DNA of 62,624 nt, filler included. It is 7 parts of 7 records of this genome, joined end to end, with 100 filler letters (N's around TTAATTAATTAA, not from the genome) between each part and the next. Parts side by side here need not be neighbours in the genome. Positions count along the whole stretch, not along the records: positions 1 to 22,480 come from SRR9188676_2828; 6 more parts are not named here. One strand, given 5' to 3'. Shown in pieces: positions 1 to 12,300 of this stretch. The notes beneath the pieces were generated by a model, which was given only the letters and a program-made list of their open reading frames with translations, searched no databases and was not told where the DNA came from. The position numbers were made by a program, and so were the translations under genes. Positions within the stretch are counted from its first letter, which is position 1. Every line of letters begins with the position of its first letter.

Positions 1-87
1 GTCCTCTTCCTTGATGTGGTACTCACTGGTGTAGAGGGCGTGCTTGTGCGCGCAGCTGCAACCCCTTGCTTCACCTTTCAGTATTAA
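1..87 (+). CDS. Possible 3' end of a gene convergent with the giant gene (VLFLDVVLTGVEGVLVRAAATPCFTFQY*)
   Basis: Frame open from base 1 to TAA at 85-87, GC-richer than the AT-rich 3' region that follows. No recognisable domain. Confidence 0.25.
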   Translation, partial: VLFLDVVLTGVEGVLVRAAATPCFTFQY

Positions 88-396
88 CGAAGACTCAGTG
101 ACTCACACAGTCTCACATGCAAAAATAGCGCACAAGCATACGGAGATACACAAATGATTTAATATGCTGCTGTTTTTGAGTTGATTTTACAAAAGCATTC
201 ACACTCAAGGGCTTCTCAGCTCCGAAAAGCCCTAGAAATTAATGAATATTAATGTGTGGAACTGGAGCAACAATCTGCGATATATAGAAAACAAAAAACA
301 TGCCAGGTTTCAAAACCAACGAAAAGCGAACGGAGGAAGAATAAAAAAGGAAAATGATGACGAGTGTAGTCTAGAGTCCACAGGAGAGTCCATGGT

Positions 397-3300
397 TTAT
401 ACAAGCAGACCATAGTTGGCGAAGATGGTCATGAGGCTGGTGAAGGAGGTGACAATGTTGTCGAGCGCAGTGTCAACCTTGCCCAACTCAGTGTCGACAG
501 CGGCGAAGCTGGCCACACCGCTGCGAGAGTAGCTGTTGGTCATTGTGATTCGGTTCTGGCGGGCAACAGTGACACCGTCACCAGAGCGGAAGTCGGGCAC
601 ATCAGCGAAGGACACTGAGGTGGTGAAGGTAGCGGCACCAGAGAAGGTCGAGGGTACGGGCACGGAGATGGACTTGGTGCCAGTGGATACGAAGTTGATG
701 TAGCTGGTGGCAGCGCTGTCCTTGATGGTGAAGCCAGTGGCCAAACCGCTGGGGAAGGTCAGCACGTTGATGCCAGTGGTGGCAGTAGTGTACTGGATGT
801 TGTTCCTGTAGAGAAACAAGAAAGAACACACAAGAGAAGAGTGTGAGCAGGGGATTTTTGTTGTTGTGGTCATCAATCGAAGTCGAGAGATCATGAAGCA
901 AACGCAATCGAACAGTCGAGCAAGGGAGAATATGGATGGATACAAGATAATTCGTGTTGAGAATTCGGAGAGATCACTTACGAGGTAGTGCCAGACATAG
1001 TCAGAGTGCTGGTCGTGGTACCATCGATGGTCAGAGTGCTGGTGGTGGTGGTGCCGGTCAGGGTGAGGGCGGAGGTGGTACCAGAGATAGTGCCAGAGGC
1101 GCCAGCTCCGGTGCTGGAAACGGTCAGAGAGGTGGAGGCAGCCTGGTTGCCGATGATCACAGAGGTAGCAGTGCTGGACACGGAGTTGGCCATGGTGAGG
1201 CCGGAGCCAGAGGTGGAGGCGGTGACGGTGTAACCGGCAGGGGTAGCGCTCTGGTCCACGAGCTTCAGGACAACGTTGGAGCCAGTGCCCTTGCTGCGGA
1301 ACCACATGGAGGCAGCAATGTTGGCGGAGGTGCCGTCGGGGTAGAACTGGAGCTGGGGAGTGGCACCGGTGTCGGCTTGCATCACGTAGGCATCACTGTT
1401 CTGGTTGTCACTGTGAGAGATGAGAGCAAGAGAGAAAATGAGATATTACTCGGGTCTGAACGGATATGAAGAAGCAAATAACGACGGAACTGTGGATGCG
1501 ATCATAGATCAGCACCATGACCAGGAACTTATCAGAGTGATTCCGACACTTACAGGAAGCGGAGGTTGACTTGGGCAGCAGTGGGGGTGGCATCAGAGAC
1601 GGACACGAACTGGAACTCAGCGATACCAGCGGTGGCACCGCCATCCTGAGCCTGGAACTTAAGGGTCTTGGCCACGGGGGTGGTGGCGGTGAAACTGGAG
1701 ATGCGGAAACCGTCGTTGTTGCCGTCGAGCAGAGTGATGCGGTTCTCGCTGGTGCTCTCAGAGTACTGGATGGTCTCGGCAATGGCGTTGTTGCCGTTGT
1801 TGTGGTAGTAGATCTGAGTGGTCGGGGTGTCATCGGGGGTGTACACGGAGCGGATGTAGTCGGGGCTGGCATCATTATCCTGCGTATAGTTAGAAATAGA
1901 AAAGATAAGCTCATAATTACATACTGCTCGACTACTGCACAACTATCAATAATGAAGATAGATAATAATCAATGAAGTACGAGGTCAAGTGGCCATAATC
2001 AGAGGGGAGGAAGAACCAAGTGAGTGATCAAGATACAAGCACGGGAAAAGTTGCAAAGCAATGGACGTACAGTCATGGTGAGTGTGATGGTGTTGTCAGT
2101 GCCCTGGGACTTAAGGGTCATGTCGAAGGCCTGAGTGCTGTCAGAGCTGTCATAGGCCTCGAACACAACGTAGTCAGAGGCGCTGGGAGTCACGGTGAAC
2201 TTGTAGCCATCATCAGAGGCAGAATCACTGCAAACGGAGAAGCAGGAAAATGGCAATTGTAAGTCTCGGTCACAAGGCAAGAAATAGCAAGCAATGGTGA
2301 AGCCTAGCAGCGAAGTGGATGAGGACAAGAGAACTCCAACAAGGATGCAGGATGGAACAGAGTGACAAAACAAACACAAATCCACACACATACCGGAAGG
2401 TGATCTTGACGTTCTCAGCGCTGCTGTCGGAGAGCAGAGTGAGGTCGAAAGGAGCAGAGCCAGCAGAGTTCACGGCGGCAAAGGTAGCGGCAGGGGCGGT
2501 GGTGGTGGACACGGTCAGCTGGTAGCCGTCAGTGCCGGTGGAGTCCTCGAACTTGACGAGCACGTTCTGGTCAGTGCCCTTGGACTGCAGGCGCAAGTCA
2601 TAGGGGACACTGGTGGCAGGGGCAACGGTGCGGTGCTGGATGTAGGCAGAGTTCTGATCGGGGTGGACAATGGTGGTGTAACCATCATAGCCATCGGTCA
2701 GGGTGGAGGTGATCAGACCAAGAGGACCAGAGGTCAAGGTCATGGTCACATCGGTGACGGAGTTGGAGGAGGAGGCAGCGGTCAGGTCCAAGAGGGTGCG
2801 GGGTGACTTGTACACGGTGTCGGGCAAGTCGATGGTGATCACATCCTCGAGCTTGTCAGCATAACCCTTGCGGATGGAGACGGTGGTGGAGTCAGCGAAG
2901 GCAGCAACAAGGGCGCGGTTCAAGACAAGGGTGGTGACAGAGGCAGCAGTGCTGGTCTTGATGATCTTGTACACGGTGGAGTCACCGTTGAGCAAAATCT
3001 CATCGCCAACCTCAGTGAGGGGCTGGTAGATCTTGATGGATCCACCCTGCGTGAAGCCAGAGCTGACGGGTCGGTCCAAGTAGAGCACAGTCTTGGCAGT
3101 ACCGAACAGGTACGTGGAACCAACGGACACGATGGCATACTGGGTGGTGCCAGAGTCACCGGTCACGATATCACCAACAGTGAACTTGGAAGCATCGTTG
3201 GTGTTGGCAAGGCGCACACCATTACCGCCGCTGCTGATGTCGTAGTAGGGGTTGTAGGTACCAGCGGTCTGGGCGGCGGTCAAGCTCTTAGCACCGCAGG

Positions 3301-6300
3301 CAGCAGTACAGGTGAGATCCACATCGGAAACAGTCCAGGCAGTGTGGGTGGCAGAGGGAGCCTGGTAGACCACGATGGTGTACTTCTTACCGTTGGAGAT
3401 GGCAACAGAGGACACAGCCAGGTAGGAGTTGGAATAGGCAGAGATCAGAGTGCTGCGGACAGTAGAGTCAGAGGAAGTGTAGGCAATGGTGGTGGAAGCA
3501 CCGCCCCAAGTGAGCTGGAAGTTACCGCCGCTCAGGCCAGAGGTGGTGGCAGAGACAGAGATCTCGTACTCCTGGCCATTGATGGAGTTGGAGTCGACCA
3601 GAGTGTTGGGGGTAGCCCACACAGAGGAGATGGTGTCAGCGTTGAGCTTGATGGTCTTGGAGCCGATGGCATGAGGGCCACCAGTACCAACACCGTACTT
3701 CAAGGGGAAGTAGTCAAGAGCCTTGCGGAAGGACAGGGAAGAGCCAGAGTGAGCCATGGCGAACTTGCCGCTGCTGGAGTCGTCGAGCACCAAGGCAGCC
3801 TCGCTGGAGGAGCCAGAGGAAGCGATGGTCACACGGGCATCGGCATCAGAGCCAGAGCCCTGCACAACCACATCGGCGGTGGTGCCAGTCTGGGCAGTGC
3901 TGATGGTGTACTTGGCATAGTCGTCCTGAGTGAGCGCCTTCTGGGCAGTGGTGGCATCGGGGCCCACAGTCTGCATGTCAGTGTTCACGGTCACAGTGTA
4001 GCCGTCAACGCCGTCGGTCATGGCCAAGGCAACAGGGGAGTTGTAGCCAGCGGCAGTCAGAGTGGCGGTGGTGGAGGTACCGTATTCCTGAGAGGCAGCG
4101 GCGCCGTCAACAGCAGCGGCAGTCAAGGTCAGAAGAGCACCAGGGGCAGCCTGGGTGATGGAGTGAGGAATCTGGACAGAGACAGCGTTGGAGAAGTCAG
4201 AGCTTGCACCCTTGCGGACAAAGATGGCATCACCGACGGCGAAGTTCTCCAAGAGACCAGTCTCGAGGTAGATATCAGTGCTAGAGGCAGAGTAGACGCG
4301 GTAGATGTGGGAGCTGGAGCCAAGGGTGATCAAGTCACCAGCCTCGAGCGTGGGCTGCTGGAGCTTGATGAAGTTGCCGTCGGCGATGTCAGTGGGGTTG
4401 CGGTGGACAACCATGCACAGATCGTCATTGGAAGCATCATCACCAATCTCGCAGACATAGGAGTCATACAGAAGAGTGTAGTCGTTAGTGCCGGCAGTGC
4501 CGCGCACAATAGCGCCAGCCTGGAAGTACTTGGCCTGGGTGCCGGCATCGGTCAGAGCAAAGCGGTTGTCAGAGAGCGAGGCAATGGCCATGGCAGCGAA
4601 GGGAGTGTCAGCGCGGCCCTGAGTCACTGAGATGCTAGTGGTGATGTGCTTTTGGCCACGGGGGACAAGGGAGCCAGCACCGACGGCAACAATCTCGAGC
4701 CAGTTGTTCTGGTGGCGGATATCGAAGGAGGTGGCCTTGGGGGTGGAGCCCAAGTTGGTCAGCACAGTAGACATGGCACCGAAGTCAGCACCAGCAGCGC
4801 CCAAGTCATAGACAACAGCGGCTTCCTCAGCAGTGGAGGCGTCGTTATCGCCAGCGAGCACGGTCACGGTGGCACTGTTGGTGCCGGTGGCCTGGAAGGT
4901 GGTGTCGACGGCAGCAGAGGAGGCGATGGTCTGGCGAGGGTTGGGGGACTGGGTGGTGCGGCTAGGCACAACGATGTAGCCGAGGTTGGTGCCGTCGATC
5001 TGGCCAGCAGTGAAGGGCTGGCTGGGCATCTGCACAGAGATCTGAGTGGCAGAGATGTAGGTCACGGCAAGAGGAGAGGCAAAGTCGGCGGTGGCAGACT
5101 TGGCAGCAGAGTCAGCGATGGCAGTCTGGCCGACAAACTGGTACGAGCCCAGAGAGTCAGTGATGCCGTGAGCAGAGACAGTGGTGATGGTGGCAGTGAC
5201 ACCGTCGCCGGCAATCACGATGGAGAAGATGGGCACGCGGTCCTGGTTGACGTAGCTGCCAGGGGCACGCACGTCGGTGGTCACGGTGGTGGTGTAGCCG
5301 TTCATGTCAGTGGCATCGCGCATGGCAAGGGAGACAGTAGCATCAGTGGCAGACTGGATGCGCAAGTCAGCAGCGGCATTGTGAGCAGAGCTGGAGCCGT
5401 CCTGAGAGAACGCCTGCAGGGTCATCACGGGGGCATCCTGGGCAGTGGACACGGTGAAGGAGTAGCCATCAAGGCCGTCGCCCAAGTTCACTTGCACATT
5501 GCTGTTGGAGCCAGAGGTCAGAGAGGCGGTGGTGGTGGTGGCCTGAGAACCAGAGTTGCCGGCAGCGAGAGTCAACAAGGGGCGGTCAACAGCGTTGATA
5601 GTCTCGGAGGCAGTGATGCCAACGAGGCTGGTGAAGGAGCTGGCATAGCCCTTCTGCACGTGCACAGTCTTGGTAGCAGTCACATCGGCGACGGTAGCAA
5701 AGCGGCGGTCAAGAGTGACGGTGATCAAGTAGTGGCGGCCGTTGGCATTGTTGTTGACGGAGGTCTGGGTGTCGATGTAGGGGTAGGGGGTGGACACAGC
5801 GGTCACGGTGTAGACGTTGGAGGTCACGCCGTTGAAGTAGACCAAGTCACCAACCGCGAGAGTCGGGGTCTTGACAGCCCAATAGGCGCCCGTAGCGGTG
5901 GCAGCAGCAAGGTAGCGGTCAAGAGTGACAATGTTGCCAGACTTGGCGACCACAGTGTAGGTGGTGGAGATGGCAGCGACAGAGGCAATGGTGTCACCGA
6001 CATTGACATTGGTGGCATCAGCGAACTCGATCAGGTTGGACTGGTCAGAGGACTGCACGCGGTTGGCGACAGTGGAGAAGGCGAACCAGCCGTTGTTGAG
6101 CTGGTTGTAGTTGTTGGTCACGCGGATCTGCACAGTGTTGGTGTTGGCAGTGGCAGCAACATGCACGGGCTGGCCGGTCAGGAGGCGGAAAGGCATCTGG
6201 CGGCGGAGCTCGGCATAGCCGGAGCCACGGGCAACAGCAAGGTCGTTGGTGGCAGTGTTGCCATAGGTGCCCACATCCATAACGAGTTGGGCCTCGTGAG

Positions 6301-9300
6301 TGGTACCGGCGGTGACGCGCACGGTGGCATGCTCGTCGGCCTTGGCAGCGAAGGTAACATCCAACTTGCGGTTGGTGGCAGAGCCCTGAGGGGCAATGGT
6401 CAGCTTGGCAGTCTCCTGCGGGTTCTGGGCAGAGTCAGCACCATCGGAGGTGATGGTGTAGCCATCGAGGTCAGAGTCCTGGAGCACCAACACGGTGGAG
6501 CCAGAGTCAGTCTCCTTGCCCGCGGTGAAGGTCACAGTGGTGTCACGGTGGCCGTTGGTGGCAGTCACATCAGCAGTGCGGATGCGGGTACCGGCATCGG
6601 CGGCAACAGTCACGGTCACGGGGGCAACCTGGGTGGCAAGGGTGTTCTTGTTGGAGGCAGTGTTGGCGAAGTGAGTGAGAGTCTCGGGCACATCCACGCG
6701 CAGGGCGTTCTGGTGGTCGCGGGCAGCGGCCTTGCGGACGTACACGGCGGAACCAGCAACACCGGCAGTGCGCTGAGCAGTGATCATGGAGGCAGAGGCA
6801 CGGCCACCAGCGTTAGTGGTGGTGTACACAGTGCTGATGGAGGGCAGAGTAGCAGCGCTGGCGATGTTGCCAACGGGGCGGACAGCGGACAGAGCAACAG
6901 TCAGGGTAACGTAGCCATCACCGTCAGTGCTCTGAGCGGTAACCTGGATCACATCGGCGTTGAACTCGGAGGAGATGTCGGTGGAGCCATCGGAAGCAAG
7001 GATGGTAGCACCGCCAGAGATGTAGTAGTAGCCTGCAGTGAAGGTGGTGGTCACAGACTGGAGGTTCAGAGTCAGGCGGGCAGTGGAGCCACCAGCAAGC
7101 ACGGCAATGTCACGGATAGAAACATCCTGGGTGATGGCAAACTGGTTAGCAAGAGCACCGTTCACACCGTTGAAGGCGATTTCGTAGGTGTAGATGTTGT
7201 GGGTAGAGTCCACAGCAGCGCGGGAGACAGTGGCATAGTTGACGTTGGACAGGGCAGCAACGGAAGTCTGGAGGGAGGCAGCAGTCAAGCCAGAGCCGAC
7301 AGCGAGGGGCAGAGGGTTAGTGGTGGTGGTGATGGTGGTCACGACATCATTGACAGTGCCAGCGTTGTCGGGGTGGGTCATGGACAGAGTGAACACACCG
7401 CCAATGGTGGCAGTGGCAGTAGGGGCAGTGAAAGTCAAGTACTGGACTTCGACGACGCGGGAGACGGCATCGGCAACCAGGTTCTGGTCCAAGACCAACA
7501 AGTGGGAGTTGGAGTCAGTGGGATGAGTCTGGATCTCCTTGACCTTGTACACGATGAACTTGCAGGCACCAGAGACGCAAGAAGTGTCAACGTACTGGCC
7601 AACGATGAGGAGCTCATCGCCAACCTGCACCTGGTTCAAGGCAGAGCCGAGGTACTTGTCGACAGAGATCATGTTCTGGCCAGCCTTGTTGACGGAGGAG
7701 TCGATGGGGGCGGCAGAGACAGCAGAGTACTGGTTGCTGCGGAGCTGCTTGCGGATGGCAGTGGTGCCAGACTCGTGGACGAGGGAGGCATCACCAACTT
7801 CGCCAGAGGGAGCGCTGGAGGACTCGGCAACGTATTCAACATCGAAGGTGTTGACGGTGGCAGACAGGTGGTTGGCAGAGAGGGTCAGGGCAGAGGAACC
7901 AGCAGAGCCAGAGTCGATGGAGACCACAGAGTCAGCATCAGCCTGAGAGCGGACGTGCACCTCGGCGCGAGCGTTGGTGTAGTCGCTGATCGGGGAGATG
8001 GTCAGAGAAGAGCCAAAGACAGAGGAGCCAGAGTCGACGTTGTCAGAGGAGATGGAGTAACCATCAGTAGAGTCCTGGAGGTTGACGGTGACGGCACCAG
8101 ACTGGTAGAGGTTATCAGTGGAGCCGAGGTTTCCGGCCTTCAGGGTCACGACGGTATCGAGGTGCTCATAGGTGGAGGGGGTGGCAGCGACGGCGTTGGC
8201 ACCAATCAGGCGAGCAGTGCCAGCAGCAGTAAGTTCGATGGTCACAGCGGTAGCGATGTCAGTGGTGGACTCGTCGATGGAGACCTTGACCGGGTTAGCC
8301 CAGCCAGCACCAGTGTGGTCAGCCTTCTTGACATACAGCAAGTCGTCGTGTACCAGGTAGGTGTCGGAGAGCTCGATGTTGCGGTCAAGCTTGATGTAGT
8401 TGGCAGCAACGGCGACAACGCTGTAGAAGGTGGAGGTGAAGCTACCGAGGTAGACCTCATCGCCAACCTGGATGTAGTTAGCGCCAGTGCCAGCGGGGCT
8501 GTTGGACAGGTACAGCATGTTAGTGTCGATCTTGGCACCAAGGCCAGCGGCAGTGTCATCGCCAGAGTGCTGCTTGACGTAGATCTTGAGGTCAGCGGGG
8601 ATGTCGACGCTGTTGAAGTCAGCACAGAAGATCTTCTGCTGGTCAACCACGCCGTCACTGTTGGAGTCATAGTTGGTCACAGCGCTCACAACACGGTCAG
8701 CACCGTACACATTGAAGCCCTTCTTGACGAAGACCTTGGCGCTGGAAGTATGAACTTCCTCCAAGGCACGGTGGAGAGTCAGGATCTTGCCGCTGATGGC
8801 AGTGACAACGTAGTCGATGGAGGTAGGGGCAGCACCAGTACCGAAAGCAACGAAATCGCCAACAGCGATGTTGGTGATCTCACCGAGGGAGGCGGAACCA
8901 TCGGGGGTCTTGTCGACCTGGAGCTGGACACGGTAGTCACCACGGCCGTTAATGCCGCTAGCAGCGAAGGCAGAGCCAGCCTGGTCCAGGGTGGTACCAC
9001 TGTCGGTGTACTGGTAGGCAGCGATGCGGACCTTGTCACCGGGGCGGACCAGCTGGGCAAGGCGAGCGTCGGTCTGGACAGAGTCAGAAGAGGAGGTACC
9101 GATGGTGGTAACGTCCTGGGAGATGGAGATCAGCAGGAAGGCAGTAACACCGCCAGAGATGGTAGCCTGAGAGCCAGTGACAGTGATGGCACCAGTGTCC
9201 ACATAGGGGCGGACGCGAGGAGCCTTAGACAGAGTGATGGAGGCACCGCGAGTAACGGTGGCTTCCAAGTTGCGGTTCAGGGTCAAAACAACGTAGCCGT

Positions 9301-12300
9301 TGACAGAGTCCAAGGAGTTGGAGGTGGAGGAGACGGCAGTGACACGGTAGGTGTTGGCACCGATGGTGATGTCATCGCCAGCCTGGACAAGGAGGGACGC
9401 ATCCTGCTCGAAGACGGAGAAGTTGGGGTCGTTGGTGGCAAGGCCAGAGACAGTGATGTAGCCGAGGTTGGTGGCTGTGGGGGTGGTGCCACAGGTGGTG
9501 GCGAAGGTGATAGTGGTACCAGTGACACCGGTGAGGGTGACGTAGCCATCAGCATAGCAGGCGTTGGAGGAGCCAACGATGCTCTTGATGTAGTACTGGT
9601 TGCCGCTAGACAGGGAGTGAGTGCGGTCGAGGGTGGCGGTGGCAGAGGCGCCAGCGACAGAGATAGCGGTGACCTGGTAGAACTGGGCAATGGTGGCCTT
9701 GACCTTGTTCTGGCCAGCCTGGTTGTAGCCATTGCTGGCAACGAGGTAACCGAAAGAACCACCAGTGGCAACAGAGCAGGAGCCAGCGGCACCGTTGGTG
9801 GTCAGAGTGAAGGACACGGTGGTGCTAGACTGAGAGACACCAACAGAGAAGACGCCGTTCAAGTCAAAGAAGACACTGTCGGAGCTCTTGACGAGGCTGG
9901 AGCCCACAATGGAGATAGAGGTCAAGCCAGCGGGAGGCAGGTTGTTCAGGGTCACGGTCACGGTGGTGCCAGAGATGGACACAGCCTTGATGGTGTTGTA
10001 GTCGGCATAGTACACGCTCATCTTGGAGGCAGAGGTGGAGGTGGAGCGCACCTGCTGGTAGTTGTACTGCTTCTCGATGTCGAAGTGGCCAGCCTGAGCA
10101 GTGAGGGCATAGTCGCCAGAGGCAGCATTGCGGGCAGAGCCCACATCGAGGATCAAGCCAGATTCCATGCCGGTGCCAGAGGTCACCTTCAAGGAGGCAG
10201 CAGCAGTGTTCAAGGCAGAGACAGTCACCTGAGTGGCGATGTTGTCAGAGGAGGCGCCGAGGGCAGAGATGGTCAGAGTCGGGGTGTCCAAGTTGTCAGA
10301 GGTGATGGAGAAACCATCGTTCTGGTTGTCCTGGAGCTTCAAAGTGGTCACACCCTGGGCACCGGTGTTGGCGGCATCCAGGGCAGCAGTCTCCTTGGCG
10401 ACGAAGGCGGCAGTGGTGTGTGTGTGCCAGTAGGCGGCGTTCTGGTCGGGACCGATGGTGCGGGTACCATCATCGCTGCCAGTGGTGAGGGTCAAGAGAG
10501 AGGACGGGTCCACAGTCTTGTCGTCAACATTCACGTTGATCAGGTCAGAGAAGGCAGAGAGAGTGCGGGTCTCAGCGCTGCGGGCACCAGTGGAGGCGTC
10601 GTAGCGAGAGTGCACAAAGATCTGGTCACCAGCATACACAGTGTAGTCCAAATCGGCAGTCAGGGTGACACCGTCAGTCTCGACGAGCGCAACGGTGGCA
10701 AACATTTCATTCCAGGGGGCGGAGGCAGCACCAGAGTCACCAGCGGAGATCAAGGCACCGACACCCTGGTAGTTGGTGTTATCGCGGCGCACGAGGCGGA
10801 TGTGATCACCAGGGAAGAGCTTGGTGGTCCAGTCGGGGGTGGCGATCTTGGCAACGCCAGAGGCAGCAGTGGTGGAGCTAGTGAGGTCGCCGACGAACTG
10901 CCAGGCCTGCTTGCGGAAGGCGAGGTTGTCCTGGGTGTGCACGAGGGCATAGTCACCATGGACATCGTTCAAGGTGCGGGCAGTGTCATCATACATGTCG
11001 TTGGACAGGATCATGGCGGCTTCGTAGTTGCCAGTGGAGGCAGCGTTACCGGAGCGGATTGTGACAGCAGCATCGGCTTCACCACCAGAGGTGATGGTCA
11101 CGGAGGCGGCTTCGCTGGAGGTGAGGCCACGAGCAGCAAGAGTGAGCTGAGAGTTGGCAACAGTGCCAGCAAGGTCGGCAGTGGACATGGTCAGGTCGAA
11201 GAACTGGGCACCATCACCAACAGTCACAGTGAAGGACTGGTCAGCGGGGGCCAAGAACGAGGCGCGGTCGGTCTCGAAGCGAGTCAGGGTGTGCATGTTG
11301 TCCTGGGAGTTCAGCGACTTGACAATGTAGAAGGTGTCGCCATCGGCAACGGCAGCGGTCAAAGGAGCGTGATCGATTTGCAGAGCGTTGGTCAGGGAGT
11401 AGATCGGGGCCATGTAGGAGCCATACTGGATGTAGTCACCGTTGGCGATGTAGCCGAAGGAGCCAGTGGTGGGGTTCAAGTTGCCAGTGGCATAGGAAGT
11501 GCCATCAGCCTTGGTCAAGACGATCTCGACCTGAGAGTCAGAGCAAACACCATCGCTGGTGGTAGAGCCCAACTGGCAGTCAATGCCGGTGTAGACAGTG
11601 AAAGCACCGGTGGCAAGGTTGGACACAGCAACGCCAGCAGAGTCTTGGACATTGAAGGCGTTGGCAATCCAGTATTCACGGCGGCTGACCAAGTTGTGCT
11701 TGCTAGAGAGCACAAGCTGGGCACGAGAGCCAGAGACAGTGATGGTGGAGATGTCGAGGCGACCAGCATCCACGAGCACGATGGTACCGAAGGAGGTGGC
11801 AGCGGCGGCAGAGCCCGCAGTGAAAGAGCCAGAAAGCTGGATCTGGAACTGGGAGGGAGAGCAGTAGGAAGAGCAGGAAGCACCAGTGGCAACGGTGTGG
11901 CGGCCGTTGAAGATGGAGTCGAGAGACTTGGCGCCAGCATCGGTCACGCTGGAGGCGTCCGCGATCTCGTACTTGGCACCATTGATCAGGTTGTGGCGAG
12001 AGACAAGGTTGACGGTGGCAAGGCCAGAGGAAGTCAGAGTCATGCTCAAGATATCGACAGCGAAGCCGCCAGCGATGGTCTCGAAGGCATGGCCAAAGGA
12101 GGTGGTGCCAGTGGCAAGGAAAGCCAAGTTGGCAACACCAGCAACAGAGGCGGGGAGAGACACGTCCACAGTGGTGCCAGTGACACCGGTGATCTCGTAG
12201 AATCCGTTAAGGTCTACAGCGACACCAGCGTTGGTCTTGGCGCCGTGAGCGTTGGCAATCTGGATGTAGCTGCCAGAGGCGAAGCTGTGAGTGGAAGCGA

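Noticed and set aside
2270-2393. Hydrophobic end of the 5,178-aa ORF as a C-terminal TM anchor
   Set aside because: It is read-through into an intron (donor GTATGT at 2393); the protein continues in exon 2227-2071.
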